This document shows, one piece after another, positions 29,164 to 38,860 of a DNA stretch of 64,000 nt; position 1 is the first letter of the stretch; each line of letters starts with the position of its first letter. Source of the DNA: an uncultured Fibrobacteria bacterium (GTDB lineage: Bacteria > Fibrobacterota > Fibrobacteria > UBA11236). The stretch is from positions 2,976,001 to 3,040,000 of the forward strand of contig OY970309.1 of the NCBI GenBank assembly GCA_963716395.1, given 5' to 3'. A program made the position numbers and the translations under genes. Below the pieces are notes generated by a model. The model made no database searches, had not been told where the DNA came from, and worked only from the letters and a program-made list of their open reading frames with translations.

Positions 29164-30888
29164 ATGAACCAAATCAATGATTTGCGGAAACAGTTGCTCC
29201 GCATTCAGAAGTCCAGTTACCGCCGCAAGTTGCGCGAAGCGCGCGCGACTTTGGAAGCCTCTCCCCAGGTGGTGCGCTACGGCAAGGAGTATGGGCGTTG
29301 CCTGCGCACCTATACCGCCGTTTCTTCCTGGTCCGAAGTGATGCGCAAGGTATGCGCCGCCGACGTGGCGTATCACGGGGATTACCACCCCCTGCGGCAT
29401 TCGCAGCGTTCCATTCTGCGCGTGCTGCAAGAAGCAACGGTCAAACGCCGCATCGTCTTGTGCCTGGAAATGTTCCATCAAGCCGATCAGAAGTGGCTGG
29501 ATCAATTCATGGCCGGGAATCTCGAAGAACGGGTTTTTCTCCGCCGCATTCGCTATGCCCGCAAATGGGCCTATAATTGGAATCCCTGGAAGCGTATTCT
29601 CGACTTCTGTCGCGAGCAGCACATTCCCGTTTTGGGCATCAATCTCGAAACCCGCGACCCCGACTCTTCTTTGCCGGCGCGCGACGCTTTCGCGGCCCAA
29701 ATCATCGGACAGGCTTTGATACGGCATGCCGGGTCCTTGGTTTATGTGGTCGACGGCGATTACCACGTGGCCCCCGGCCACTTGCCCGCCGAAGTGGAGA
29801 AGCGCCTCAAGCCCCTGGGGGTGCGTCCGCAAAAAGTGATTCTGTATCAGAACGCCGAAAACCTGTACTGGAAGTTGGCGCAAGCGGGGCATGAAGAAGC
29901 CGAGGCGCTGCAAATCAGTGACGAGGCCTTTTGCCTCATGAACACCGTGCCCACCACCAAATTGCAGGCTTATCTCGATTGGCTGCATTTTGCCGAAGAA
30001 GAGGGCTATGCGCCGGTGCGCGGCAATTGGGCCGAACTTTCAGGCGAAGATTATCTCGATCAAATTCACGCTTTGATCGCGGATTTGAAACGCCTGCTCG
30101 GCATCGAGCTTTCCGAAGAAAAATTATCGCGGCTCACGGTTTACTCCAGCCGCAACTTCGACTTCGCCGAAGTCATCGCCATGCACCCGGTGATCGAGAA
30201 AGATCTGTCCCGCATCGAAGGAAAAATTTCGCGCGGCGAAGGCTTTTTACTCGAAATTGATGATGGCGATCAGCCTTCGTACGTGATTTATCTGCAAGCC
30301 GCCAACGTCAACCAGGCCGCCGAAGAAGCCACGCATTTTCTCAACGCCTCGTTGCGCGGCCCGCTGCGGAAGGCTTTGTCTCCCCTGGATCGCTTCTACC
30401 GCGAAGCCTTGACCGAGGCCCTGGGTTTTTTCGGATCGAAAATGATCAACGAGCGCCGCAAGGTGGTGTCGGAATGGGCCATTCGCATTTATCTGGGGCG
30501 GGCGCGCAAGCAGGGCGCGGGCGATCGCGAAGGCGCGGACAATGTGGCCATCGGACGTTTTCTCTTGCAGCATCATCATTTGGAGGGACGCGAAGCCGCT
30601 CTCGAAACCTTCCGGAGCAAATTCGCGGCTCTGTACGCGGGACGAGGCGCCCGGCCGCATGCGGCGGCCACCCAACTCGGTTATATGCTCGGCAATAAAC
30701 TGTTCTACGCGGTGAAAAAAGGATATTTGCCTTTGACCTTGATCCGCGAGTTGTTCTTTCGATCGTTGGAGAAGAACGGCGAAGCCTTTTCCGTGTATCA
30801 GGAACTTTCGCGCCGCCTGCAGAAATTGCATGCCGATCACGGCCGCGCCTCTTTGGAGGCGGAGCGCTCGTTTTCGGCCACGGCTTGA
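29164..30888 (+). CDS. ChaN/TIKI-like domain protein with uncharacterised C-terminal half
   Basis: YHGDYHP, LCLEMF...DQ.WLD.F, and GDYH resemble ChaN-family motifs; start set at MNQINDLRK. Confidence 0.7.
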   Translation: MNQINDLRKQLLRIQKSSYRRKLREARATLEASPQVVRYGKEYGRCLRTYTAVSSWSEVMRKVCAADVAYHGDYHPLRHSQRSILRVLQEATVKRRIVLCLEMFHQADQKWLDQFMAGNLEERVFLRRIRYARKWAYNWNPWKRILDFCREQHIPVLGINLETRDPDSSLPARDAFAAQIIGQALIRHAGSLVYVVDGDYHVAPGHLPAEVEKRLKPLGVRPQKVILYQNAENLYWKLAQAGHEEAEALQISDEAFCLMNTVPTTKLQAYLDWLHFAEEEGYAPVRGNWAELSGEDYLDQIHALIADLKRLLGIELSEEKLSRLTVYSSRNFDFAEVIAMHPVIEKDLSRIEGKISRGEGFLLEIDDGDQPSYVIYLQAANVNQAAEEATHFLNASLRGPLRKALSPLDRFYREALTEALGFFGSKMINERRKVVSEWAIRIYLGRARKQGAGDREGADNVAIGRFLLQHHHLEGREAALETFRSKFAALYAGRGARPHAAATQLGYMLGNKLFYAVKKGYLPLTLIRELFFRSLEKNGEAFSVYQELSRRLQKLHADHGRASLEAERSFSATA

Positions 30889-30928
30889 CCACACGCTCCC
30901 GAAGATATTTCGAAGCGCTGTTTTCCGT

Positions 30929-32143
30929 TTAGCGTGCAATCGAGAAAGGCGCGGTGAACCGCTGCCCGGCCCCACTTACTTGAAGGAAATATCGGCCGTT
31001 TCCCAGCAGGCTGATCGGTACCGAGACGCCACTACCGAAGGTGGTGGACTTCAAATCCACCACCTTGTTGCCGACTACGGTGTAAATCGCGGTTTCCATT
31101 ACCGGGCCGAGCAGGGCTTTCGGCAAGGTGGCGTAAAGCTGCGAAGGACTGAGGCGTAGGGTAATTTCGCGGTTCCTGTTTGATCGGGGGAGCACGGCGT
31201 TGTCGTTGAGCGGTGAGGTCAGTATAGTGCCGTGACCGCCAACTGCCACTAAAAGCGTGCCGGTCCAGGCGACGGAGTTCAGATCGTTGGTCGTACCCGA
31301 TTTTTGCGCGGTCCAAGCAATGCCATCCGGCGAGGTCAGGATGGTGCCGAACGAACCCACCGCCACCAACTGCGCGCCGGCCCAGGTGATGGAGTATAGG
31401 TTGCCCGGTTTTCCTGTGGGATGTGGGGTCCAGGTTCCTCCATCCGGCGAGGTCAGGACCGTGTCGGCATTACCACCCACCGCCACCAATTGAGTGCCGG
31501 TCCAAACGACCGAGTATAAATCTATGGCCGTATTGGCCGTATCCGAGCTGCGGGATGTCCACATAATGCCATCCGGCGAAGTCAGAATGGTGCGGGAACG
31601 GCCGACCGCCACCAACTGCGTGCCGGTCCAGATGACGGAGTTTAAATGGAGGGACGTATCGGAGGTGCGCGAAGTCCAGGTGATGCCATCTTGTGAGGTT
31701 AGGATGGTCCCGCCGATGCCGCCTTCCAAACCGCCGCCTACCGCCACGAGTTGGCTGCCGGTTGATGCGACGGAGCTCAACACGTCCGTCGTCCCTGAGA
31801 TTTGAAGGGTCCAAGCGACGCCGTCCGGCGAAGTCAGAATGGTGCCGTCATAGCCCACGGCGACCAACTGCTTGCCGGTCCAGGCGACGGAGACCAACGC
31901 GACGGTCGATCCGGTGCTGTCCGGAGTCCAGGCCCCGCCTTCCGGTGAAGTCAAAACATCAACATGGCTGCCGTTGGTATCAATCGTTCCCACCGTCACC
32001 AGTTGCGTTCCGGCCCAGGTCACCCCATAGAGGGTATTGCCATGATTCAAATTCACCGCCGTCCAATTGGATTGCGAGAAAGACATCACGGGGAATAAAA
32101 GCAGTAAATACAATTGCCGGTTCAGAAGACGTGGTTTCATCAT
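30929..32143 (-). CDS. Secreted seven-repeat beta-propeller (BNR/Asp-box-like) protein with C-terminal sorting domain
   Basis: Signal peptide (..SFS-Q); repeat LxSVxWTGxQLVAVGxxGTILTSPDGxxWT; tail IYTVVGNKV...GRYFLQV. Confidence 0.85.
   Translation of the reverse strand: MMKPRLLNRQLYLLLLFPVMSFSQSNWTAVNLNHGNTLYGVTWAGTQLVTVGTIDTNGSHVDVLTSPEGGAWTPDSTGSTVALVSVAWTGKQLVAVGYDGTILTSPDGVAWTLQISGTTDVLSSVASTGSQLVAVGGGLEGGIGGTILTSQDGITWTSRTSDTSLHLNSVIWTGTQLVAVGRSRTILTSPDGIMWTSRSSDTANTAIDLYSVVWTGTQLVAVGGNADTVLTSPDGGTWTPHPTGKPGNLYSITWAGAQLVAVGSFGTILTSPDGIAWTAQKSGTTNDLNSVAWTGTLLVAVGGHGTILTSPLNDNAVLPRSNRNREITLRLSPSQLYATLPKALLGPVMETAIYTVVGNKVVDLKSTTFGSGVSVPISLLGNGRYFLQVSGAGQRFTAPFSIAR
31210..32070 (-). repeat. 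Seven intragenic tandem repeats of about 39-48 codons
   Basis: Seven copies counted in translation; recurring DNA motifs ccatccggcgaggtcag and cgccaccaactg. Confidence 0.85.
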
Positions 32144-32297
32144 AGCCTTGATTCCTTTAAGTGCATTCGGCGCCTATGGGAATGGTTTTCATCCAGCAAC
32201 AGTATTTAGGCCGAATCAACACTAATAATTTTTTACCAGGGGAATTCGTGGCATATTTTGTTAACTACGAAACCGTTTTTTATAAAAATTTAATGTA

Positions 32298-32321
32298 CGG
32301 GGGTAGAAATTTTATACCCCC
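32298..32321. promoter_or_regulatory. Palindromic operator candidate between divergent genes
   Basis: CGGGGGTA-GAAATTTA-TACCCCCG in an AT-rich divergent intergenic region. Confidence 0.45.
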
Positions 32322-32455
32322 GGCCGTTCATGTTATTCCGGTCAACCAATGCACGGGTCATTCAAGATCCTTCACGCCTGGAAATTCCCGACCCACAATT
32401 TCGGGGAACTGGATTTCTCTCGAACGCGAACCGGAATGACTTCTAGTTTGTTGCT

Positions 32456-33217
32456 ATGAAAAAAACCTGGCCCTGGGTGATTTTCCTGGGCGTCGTTGCC
32501 GCCCATGCCGATCCGCACATGTGCTGGGCCTTATTTTCCCGACAGCAATTATTCTGGCCCAGCCTCGACTCTTTGCAACAATCGCATGCCGCCGACAGCA
32601 CTATCCGTGTGGGAGTCTTGCCGGTTTACGCCGCGCAGTATTCCGAATCCACGCCCTGCGATTCCTGCCACCGGTTGTCGCAGGACGGCATGGAATTTTT
32701 TCTGGGCAATGCCTTGACCCGGACGCTGGCGCAGATGCTGCCGGGGCACACCGTGGAGTTGGTGGATCCTTTTTCCAAGTTGCTGAACGCGCGCAAGGTG
32801 GCGTTTCCCCAAATCCTGGACAGCCTGGAATTGCCTTGGCAAAAATGGTTGGCCGATTGCGGCGATCCCCTGATTTACCGCCCCCAGGAATTCATGGCCC
32901 GTCCCCAGGACAAAGCCCGGCTCGAACGCGCGGCCGGCGCCTTGGGGTTGCCCTATATTTTCGTGGTGCGCGACTTCACGGTCGCTGTCAGCCCCAAGGG
33001 ACGCAGCACCCATTTCGGCGGGCTGCGTTGGAGTTGGAAAGGGGCGCTGTTCAATGTGAGGGCGGGTCGTTTCGAATGGGCCGTGGGTTTTTCCGAGGAT
33101 CGCGGTCTTATGGATCTCGACGAGGATTTGGAACCGGGTTTTGCCAAAGCCTTTGATGCTGCGGTGCAAAAAATACCGGTCGATCTGCAAACGCTGCTCT
33201 CCCGCGAACCGCGCTGA
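32456..33217 (+). CDS. Exported hypothetical protein with single CxxCH motif
   Basis: Signal peptide ending AHA-D; PCDSCHR. Confidence 0.7.
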   Translation: MKKTWPWVIFLGVVAAHADPHMCWALFSRQQLFWPSLDSLQQSHAADSTIRVGVLPVYAAQYSESTPCDSCHRLSQDGMEFFLGNALTRTLAQMLPGHTVELVDPFSKLLNARKVAFPQILDSLELPWQKWLADCGDPLIYRPQEFMARPQDKARLERAAGALGLPYIFVVRDFTVAVSPKGRSTHFGGLRWSWKGALFNVRAGRFEWAVGFSEDRGLMDLDEDLEPGFAKAFDAAVQKIPVDLQTLLSREPR

Positions 33218-33323
33218 GGGCGATTACTTTAACACCGCGACGCACGTCCAAGCTCTGAATCTTTCCTGCGCCGATCCCGGTTATGGTATCATGATTCAAG
33301 CACCCTTCAGATAAGGAAGGCCC

Positions 33324-35099
33324 ATGGCTGCCACGTTCAGCACCTTGCCGGAAATGCTCCGGCATGTGCGCGTTTCGTTCCGCAACCCCGCCGCGCTGGC
33401 GCATAAACAAGACGGCGCCTGGGTGCGCATTTCCACCGCAACCATGGCCGACACCGTGGAAAAGCTGGGCGAAGGCTTGATCGATTTGGGTTTGCGGCCC
33501 GGTGATCGGCTCGGCATCGTGGCCGATCCCTCGCCGTTCTGGATGCTGTTGGATTTGGCCGCGGTAGGGGCCGGGGCCATCACGGTTCCCATGTTCGCCA
33601 ATATCGCCCCCGACAATTTGGAATTCGAAATCCGCGATTCGGGCATGCGCTTTTTATTCGTAGGCTCGGCCTCCCAATACCAAGCCATGCAGCCCTATTT
33701 CGGGTCGCTGGAAAAAATTATCGCTTTGCCGAAGGAGTTGGCCTCGCCGGCCTGCGCCTCCTGGGAGCAGGTGCTGGCGGCGGGGGCGCGGCGTCTGGCC
33801 GGCGGTTCCTCCGCATGGACGCGCCGCAGCCAGGCCGTCAAACCGCAGGACTCGGCCACCGTGATTTACACCTCGGGCAGCACGGGCACGCCCAAAGGCG
33901 TCGAGTTATCCCACCAAAATTTGATCAGCCAGGTGCATTCGGCCGCCATCCGCTTTCCGCTCGACCCGGCCGTTGATTCGGCGCTGTCATGTTTGCCGTT
34001 GGCCCATGTCTTCGAACGCATGGTGGCGTACTTCTATCTCTCCACCGGCATCAGCGTGTATTTCGCCGAAGAGATCAAGAAGGTGGGCGAAAATCTACGC
34101 GAGGTGCATCCCACCATCATCACCTTGGTGCCGCGGTTGCTGGAAAAGATGTACGCGCGCATGCAGGCCAATGTCGAAAGCGCCACCGGTTTCAAACAGG
34201 CTTTGGGCCGGGCCGCCTGGCAGCGCGCGCGCGAAAAGCCGCATGCCGATCCCCCCAAACTCAAAGACAAATTGTACGACGTGCTGGTGTATCACAAAAT
34301 GCGCGAAGCCTTGGGCGGCAAATTGCGCCTGGTGATTTCGGGTAGCGCGCCGCTCGAACCCGAGCTCTACACCTTCTTTCTCAACATCGGGCTTCCGGTT
34401 TTCGAAGGGTACGGCCTGACCGAAACTTCGCCGGTGATTGCCGTGAATTATCCCGGGCATCGCAAGGTAGGCGCGGTGGGGCCGCTGTTCCCCGGCGTCG
34501 AAGTGCGCATTGGCGACGACGGCGAAATTCTGGCGCATGGGCCCGGCGTCATGAAAGGTTATTATGGCAAGCCCGAGGAAACGGGTCAGGCCGTCGCCGG
34601 TCCCGATCGCTGGATGCACACCGGCGATTTGGGGCATTTGGACAACGAAGGTTACCTGAAGATTACCGGCCGGAAAAAAGAGCTGTTCAAAACCGCCAAC
34701 GGAAAATATGTGGCGCCGGTTCCCATCGAGAAGGCGCTGATGGGCAATAAGCTGGTCGACATGGCCATGGTGGTGGCCGAAGGCCGGCCGTTCACTTCGG
34801 CCCTGCTCTTTCCCGACCTGGAGAATCTGCAACCGATCAAACAGGAATGCGGCTGCGCCTCCATGCAGGATGCCGACTTCCTGCGATCCGAGCCGGCGCG
34901 GAATTTCATTCAACAAACTCTCGACGCGCTCAACGCTAAGCTCAACCACTGGGAGCAGGTACAGAAGTTTTATCTGGCGACCCGGGCCTTGTCGGTGGCC
35001 GACGGCGAACTCACGCCCACTTTGAAAATCCGCCGGCATGTGGTCCAGGAAAGGTTTCGCAAGGAAATTGATTCCATGTACGCCCCACGGGTACAATAA
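33324..35099 (+). CDS. fadD: Long-chain-fatty-acid--CoA ligase
   Basis: YTSGSTGTPKGV, LPLAHVFER, EGYGLTETSP, HTGDLG, GELTPTLK; AAGGAAGG RBS. Confidence 0.92.
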   Translation: MAATFSTLPEMLRHVRVSFRNPAALAHKQDGAWVRISTATMADTVEKLGEGLIDLGLRPGDRLGIVADPSPFWMLLDLAAVGAGAITVPMFANIAPDNLEFEIRDSGMRFLFVGSASQYQAMQPYFGSLEKIIALPKELASPACASWEQVLAAGARRLAGGSSAWTRRSQAVKPQDSATVIYTSGSTGTPKGVELSHQNLISQVHSAAIRFPLDPAVDSALSCLPLAHVFERMVAYFYLSTGISVYFAEEIKKVGENLREVHPTIITLVPRLLEKMYARMQANVESATGFKQALGRAAWQRAREKPHADPPKLKDKLYDVLVYHKMREALGGKLRLVISGSAPLEPELYTFFLNIGLPVFEGYGLTETSPVIAVNYPGHRKVGAVGPLFPGVEVRIGDDGEILAHGPGVMKGYYGKPEETGQAVAGPDRWMHTGDLGHLDNEGYLKITGRKKELFKTANGKYVAPVPIEKALMGNKLVDMAMVVAEGRPFTSALLFPDLENLQPIKQECGCASMQDADFLRSEPARNFIQQTLDALNAKLNHWEQVQKFYLATRALSVADGELTPTLKIRRHVVQERFRKEIDSMYAPRVQ

Positions 35100-35127
35100 C
35101 AGCGACGCCCAGGGAAGGGAGGAGCGC

Positions 35128-37452
35128 ATGCAGGCCATTCGATCCGCGGCGGTTGTCGGCAGCGGCATCATGGGAGCGCAAATCGCGGCCCACCTGGCGA
35201 GTTGCGGCCTGCGCGTGCTGCTGCTCGACATGCCGTCCGACGGCCCCCACCGCAATGCCCTGGCCGACAAAGGCAAAGACGGGCTGCGCAAGCTCAAGCC
35301 TTCTCCGTTTTACTCCTCCGAGGCTTTGCATCTCATCCAGACCGGCAACACCGCCGACGATTTGACCCGGGCCGGGCAATGCGACTGGGTGATCGAAGCC
35401 ATCGTCGAACAACCCGGCCCCAAACAGGAATTGTTCGGCCGCCTGCAAGCCGTGATGGGCCCGCATACCATCCTGTCGACCAACACTTCCGGCATTCCGC
35501 TCAAGCTGTTGTCCAAAGACCTGAGCCATGAAGCCCAGGCCCGTTTCATCGGCACGCATTTTTTCAATCCGCCGCGGTATCTGCGCTTGGTCGAAGTGAT
35601 TCGCGGCCCGCAGACATCGGACGAAACCGCTCAGCGCATCCGCCACGTTCTGACCCAGGTGCTGAACAAAGTGGCCGTGGACGCTTTGGATTCTCCGGCC
35701 TTCATCGCCAACCGCATCGGGGTGCACGCCATGGTGCGCACCTTGGCCATCGCCCGTGAAATGAAGTTGACGGTCGAAGCCGTGGACGCGTTAACCGGAC
35801 CGTTACTGGCGCGGCCCAAAACCGCCACCCTTCGCCTGGCTGATTTGGTGGGGCTCGATACCTTGGTGCACATTGTGCGTAATTTGGGCGAAGCCTTTCC
35901 CCAAGAAGGCTTTACGTTGGACCCGATTCTGGAACAATTGTTCGCTTCGAAGCGTCTGGGTCGCAAGTCGGGCGCAGGATTCTATCGCAAAACCGAAACA
36001 GGGTTGGAGGCGCTCGACCTCGACACCGGCGCCTACCGGCCCGAACAAAAAGTGCGCTTCGAAGAGCTGAAAGACGCGAGCAAAGAGGAAAACCTCGAAA
36101 AGAAAATGCGCAAGCTGTTTGCGGCCCAGGGGCCGGGCGCACAAGCCGCGCGCCGCATTTTGACCTCAAGCCTGGCCTACGCTGCCCAAGTCATGCCGCA
36201 CATCGCCGAAAATCCGGACGACGTGGACATCGCCATGGAACTGGGATTTGGTTGGGAGGCCGGCCCTTTCAAGCTGACCGATGCCATCGGTCCGGATTTG
36301 CTGCGCCGGGCCGGAGAAGAAGGCTCGATCCACATTCCGGCCTGGCTGCTCGACCCCTGCGAGGGTAGCGCGCAGGTTTACCAATTGAACCAGGACGCGC
36401 TTCAGGTCAAGCAGCCCGCGCCGACAGGTGTGACGCGGAAGGCGGTCGCTCCGCGCGGCTTCAGCCTGGCCCGTCATCGCGCCGCGCATCCACCCGTACT
36501 GGCGTCTTCCGACGCGACGTTGTGGGACATGGGCGATCAAGTGCTCTTGCTCGAATTCCATTCCAAGATGAATTCCATGGGTCCGATTTCACTCGACATG
36601 ATTGTGAAAGCCATCGACCAGGCCCAGAACGGTTATGCGGGTCTTGTCATCGGCAATCAGGGGCAGAATTTTTGCGCCGGCGCCAATATCGCCATGGTGC
36701 TGCTGGATGCGGCCAACGGTGAATTCGACAACATCGACGGTGCCATCCGCCAATTCCAAACCGCCAGCCTGGCCATCAAATACGCATCGGTGCCCGTGGT
36801 GGTGGCCCCGCATGCCATGGCCCTGGGCGGCGGCTGCGAATTCGTGTTGCACAGCCAGCGTCCCGTCTTGTCACCCGAAACCTATTTGGGTTTGGTCGAA
36901 GTAGGCGTGGGGCTTTTACCCGCCGGCGGCGGCACCAAGGAATTGACCGTGAGGGCCATGGATAAAAGCCGCAGCGGCATTCCCTTGCTCAACCTTTCCA
37001 AAGCGTTCGAACTCATCGCCATGGCCAAGGTTTCGACTTCGGCGCGCGAAGCCTTCGAGCTCGGCTATCTCGACGCCCGCGCCGAAATCGCCGACAATGA
37101 AACCACGCGTCTCGATCAGGCCAAAGGCGAAGTCCTGGCTTTGAGCCGGGCCGGTTATCGCCCACCGGCGCCAGCGATGCATGTCGAAGTGCTGGGAACC
37201 GAGGCCCTGGGGGCTTTCGATACCGCCATTTATCTCCTGCGCGAAGCCGGCTTCGCCAGCGAACACGACGCCTTTATCGGCAAGGCCGTGGCGCGCATCA
37301 TGGCCGGGGGGCGGGTCACACCCGGAACCGTGGTGGATGAGAATTATCTGCTCGAACTCGAACGCGAGGAATTTCTGCGCCTAGTCGGCACCAAGAAATC
37401 GCAGGCCCGCATCGAGCACATGCTGAAAACTGGCAAGCCCCTGCGGAACTGA
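35128..37452 (+). CDS. fadN: 3-hydroxyacyl-CoA dehydrogenase / enoyl-CoA hydratase (FadN type)
   Basis: GSGIMGAQIA, TNTSG, THFFNPPRY, crotonase motifs FCAGAN and LGGGCE, terminal KTGKPLRN; start at MQAIRS. Confidence 0.9.
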   Translation: MQAIRSAAVVGSGIMGAQIAAHLASCGLRVLLLDMPSDGPHRNALADKGKDGLRKLKPSPFYSSEALHLIQTGNTADDLTRAGQCDWVIEAIVEQPGPKQELFGRLQAVMGPHTILSTNTSGIPLKLLSKDLSHEAQARFIGTHFFNPPRYLRLVEVIRGPQTSDETAQRIRHVLTQVLNKVAVDALDSPAFIANRIGVHAMVRTLAIAREMKLTVEAVDALTGPLLARPKTATLRLADLVGLDTLVHIVRNLGEAFPQEGFTLDPILEQLFASKRLGRKSGAGFYRKTETGLEALDLDTGAYRPEQKVRFEELKDASKEENLEKKMRKLFAAQGPGAQAARRILTSSLAYAAQVMPHIAENPDDVDIAMELGFGWEAGPFKLTDAIGPDLLRRAGEEGSIHIPAWLLDPCEGSAQVYQLNQDALQVKQPAPTGVTRKAVAPRGFSLARHRAAHPPVLASSDATLWDMGDQVLLLEFHSKMNSMGPISLDMIVKAIDQAQNGYAGLVIGNQGQNFCAGANIAMVLLDAANGEFDNIDGAIRQFQTASLAIKYASVPVVVAPHAMALGGGCEFVLHSQRPVLSPETYLGLVEVGVGLLPAGGGTKELTVRAMDKSRSGIPLLNLSKAFELIAMAKVSTSAREAFELGYLDARAEIADNETTRLDQAKGEVLALSRAGYRPPAPAMHVEVLGTEALGAFDTAIYLLREAGFASEHDAFIGKAVARIMAGGRVTPGTVVDENYLLELEREEFLRLVGTKKSQARIEHMLKTGKPLRN

Positions 37453-37471
37453 CGGGGAACGGAGGTTGTCG

Positions 37472-38650
37472 ATGCGCGAAGCGGTGATCGTAGCCGGGGC
37501 CCGGACGCCTGTCGGCAAAGGCGGCAAGGGGTCTTTCACCAAGGTCCGGCCCGATACCCTGGCGGCGCATTGCGTCCAGGAGACCTTGCACCGCGCACCC
37601 GGGGTCGCCGGCCAAGACATCGAGGATTTGATGCTGGGTTGCGCCATGCCCGAAGCCGAGCAGGGCATGAATGTGGCCCGCATGGTGGGCCTGCTGGCGG
37701 GCTTGCCCGATTCGGTGCCCGCCGTCACGGTCAACCGCTATTGCTCGTCGGGACTGCAAACCATTGCCATGGCCACCGATCGCATTCAGGCGGGTGACGC
37801 CGAGGCCATTCTGGCCGGGGGCTTGGAAAGCATGTCGATGATTCCCATGGGCGGGCATAAAATCGCGCCCCATCCCGACCTGGTCGCACGCCGTCCCGAG
37901 TCGTATATGACCATGGGTTTGACGGCCGAAAAAGTGGCCGAACGCTACCGCATCAGCCGCGAAGAGCAAGACGCCTTTGCCCTGCGATCGCATCAACGCG
38001 CCCTGGCCGCCGTGCAAGGCGGAAAATTCCGGGATGAAATAGCGCCTTTTTCCTGGACCGAAACCGGATGGGATGCGCGACGGCGCGAGGTGGCCCTGCA
38101 GCGCACCTTGGCGGATGACGAAGGTCCGCGGGCCGACACTTCAATTGAAGCTTTAAAGGCTCTCAAACCCGCTTTCAAGCAGGGCGGCACGGTCACGGCC
38201 GGCAACAGCTCGCAGGTCAGCGACGGCGCCGCCCTGGTGCTGGTGACTTCGCGCGCGTTCGCCGAAGCGCATGGGCTCAAACCCATGGCCCGTCTGCTCA
38301 AATTCAGCGTGGTGGGCGTGGCTCCCGACGTGATGGGAATCGGTCCGGCCTTTGCGATTCCCGCTGTGCTCAAAAAGGCCGGGCTGGCGTTGAACCAAAT
38401 CGATCTCATCGAATTGAACGAGGCTTTTGCCGCCCAAAGCGTGGCCATCGTCAAAGAACTGGGAATCGACGAGAACAAGCTCAACGTCAACGGAGGCGCC
38501 ATTGCCTTGGGCCATCCGCTGGGATGTACGGGCGCGAAATTGACTTTGACCTTGATCCACGAACTGAAACGCCGCGGCGGCCGCTACGGCTTGGTGACCA
38601 TGTGCGTGGGCGGCGGCATGGGTGCGGCCGGGGTTTTCGAAAGACTTTAG
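37472..38650 (+). CDS. fadA: Acetyl-CoA C-acyltransferase (3-ketoacyl-CoA thiolase)
   Basis: NRYCSSGLQ, NEAFA, GHPLGCTG, MCVGGGMG. Confidence 0.95.
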   Translation: MREAVIVAGARTPVGKGGKGSFTKVRPDTLAAHCVQETLHRAPGVAGQDIEDLMLGCAMPEAEQGMNVARMVGLLAGLPDSVPAVTVNRYCSSGLQTIAMATDRIQAGDAEAILAGGLESMSMIPMGGHKIAPHPDLVARRPESYMTMGLTAEKVAERYRISREEQDAFALRSHQRALAAVQGGKFRDEIAPFSWTETGWDARRREVALQRTLADDEGPRADTSIEALKALKPAFKQGGTVTAGNSSQVSDGAALVLVTSRAFAEAHGLKPMARLLKFSVVGVAPDVMGIGPAFAIPAVLKKAGLALNQIDLIELNEAFAAQSVAIVKELGIDENKLNVNGGAIALGHPLGCTGAKLTLTLIHELKRRGGRYGLVTMCVGGGMGAAGVFERL

Positions 38651-38781
38651 GGAACCTCTAATAATCGGCTTTCGTACGCGCCTTGCCGGGGCCGTTTGGC
38701 CTCGGCCTTCGACATCCCTCGGCAGACTCGTGAACCAAGCTCAGGCTTCGTCCGCCGGTGGAGCGATTATTAGCAGCAGCC
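38651..38781. repeat. MITE/REP-like element with short terminal inverted repeats
   Basis: GGAACCTCTAATAATCG ... CGATTATTAGCAGCAGCC; exact 10-bp inverted core CTAATAATCG; begins directly after the fadA TAG. Confidence 0.4.
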
Positions 38782-38802
38782 TTTTATGCAACTTCACGGC
38801 TG

Positions 38803-38835
38803 AATACAGAAAGGGCCGGGGTTTGGCCCCGGCCC
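38803..38835 (-). terminator. Rho-independent terminator
   Basis: GGGCCGGGG-N5-CCCCGGCCC stem followed on the minus strand by TTTCTGTATT, downstream of the 38861-39688 gene. Confidence 0.7.
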
Positions 38836-38860
38836 CGCTGCGGGGTGAAACACCACTCGA

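Noticed and set aside
31210-32070. Regularly spaced DNA repeats as a possible CRISPR array or DGR
   Set aside because: The repeats are in-frame protein repeats of variable length; no cas or reverse transcriptase genes are present.
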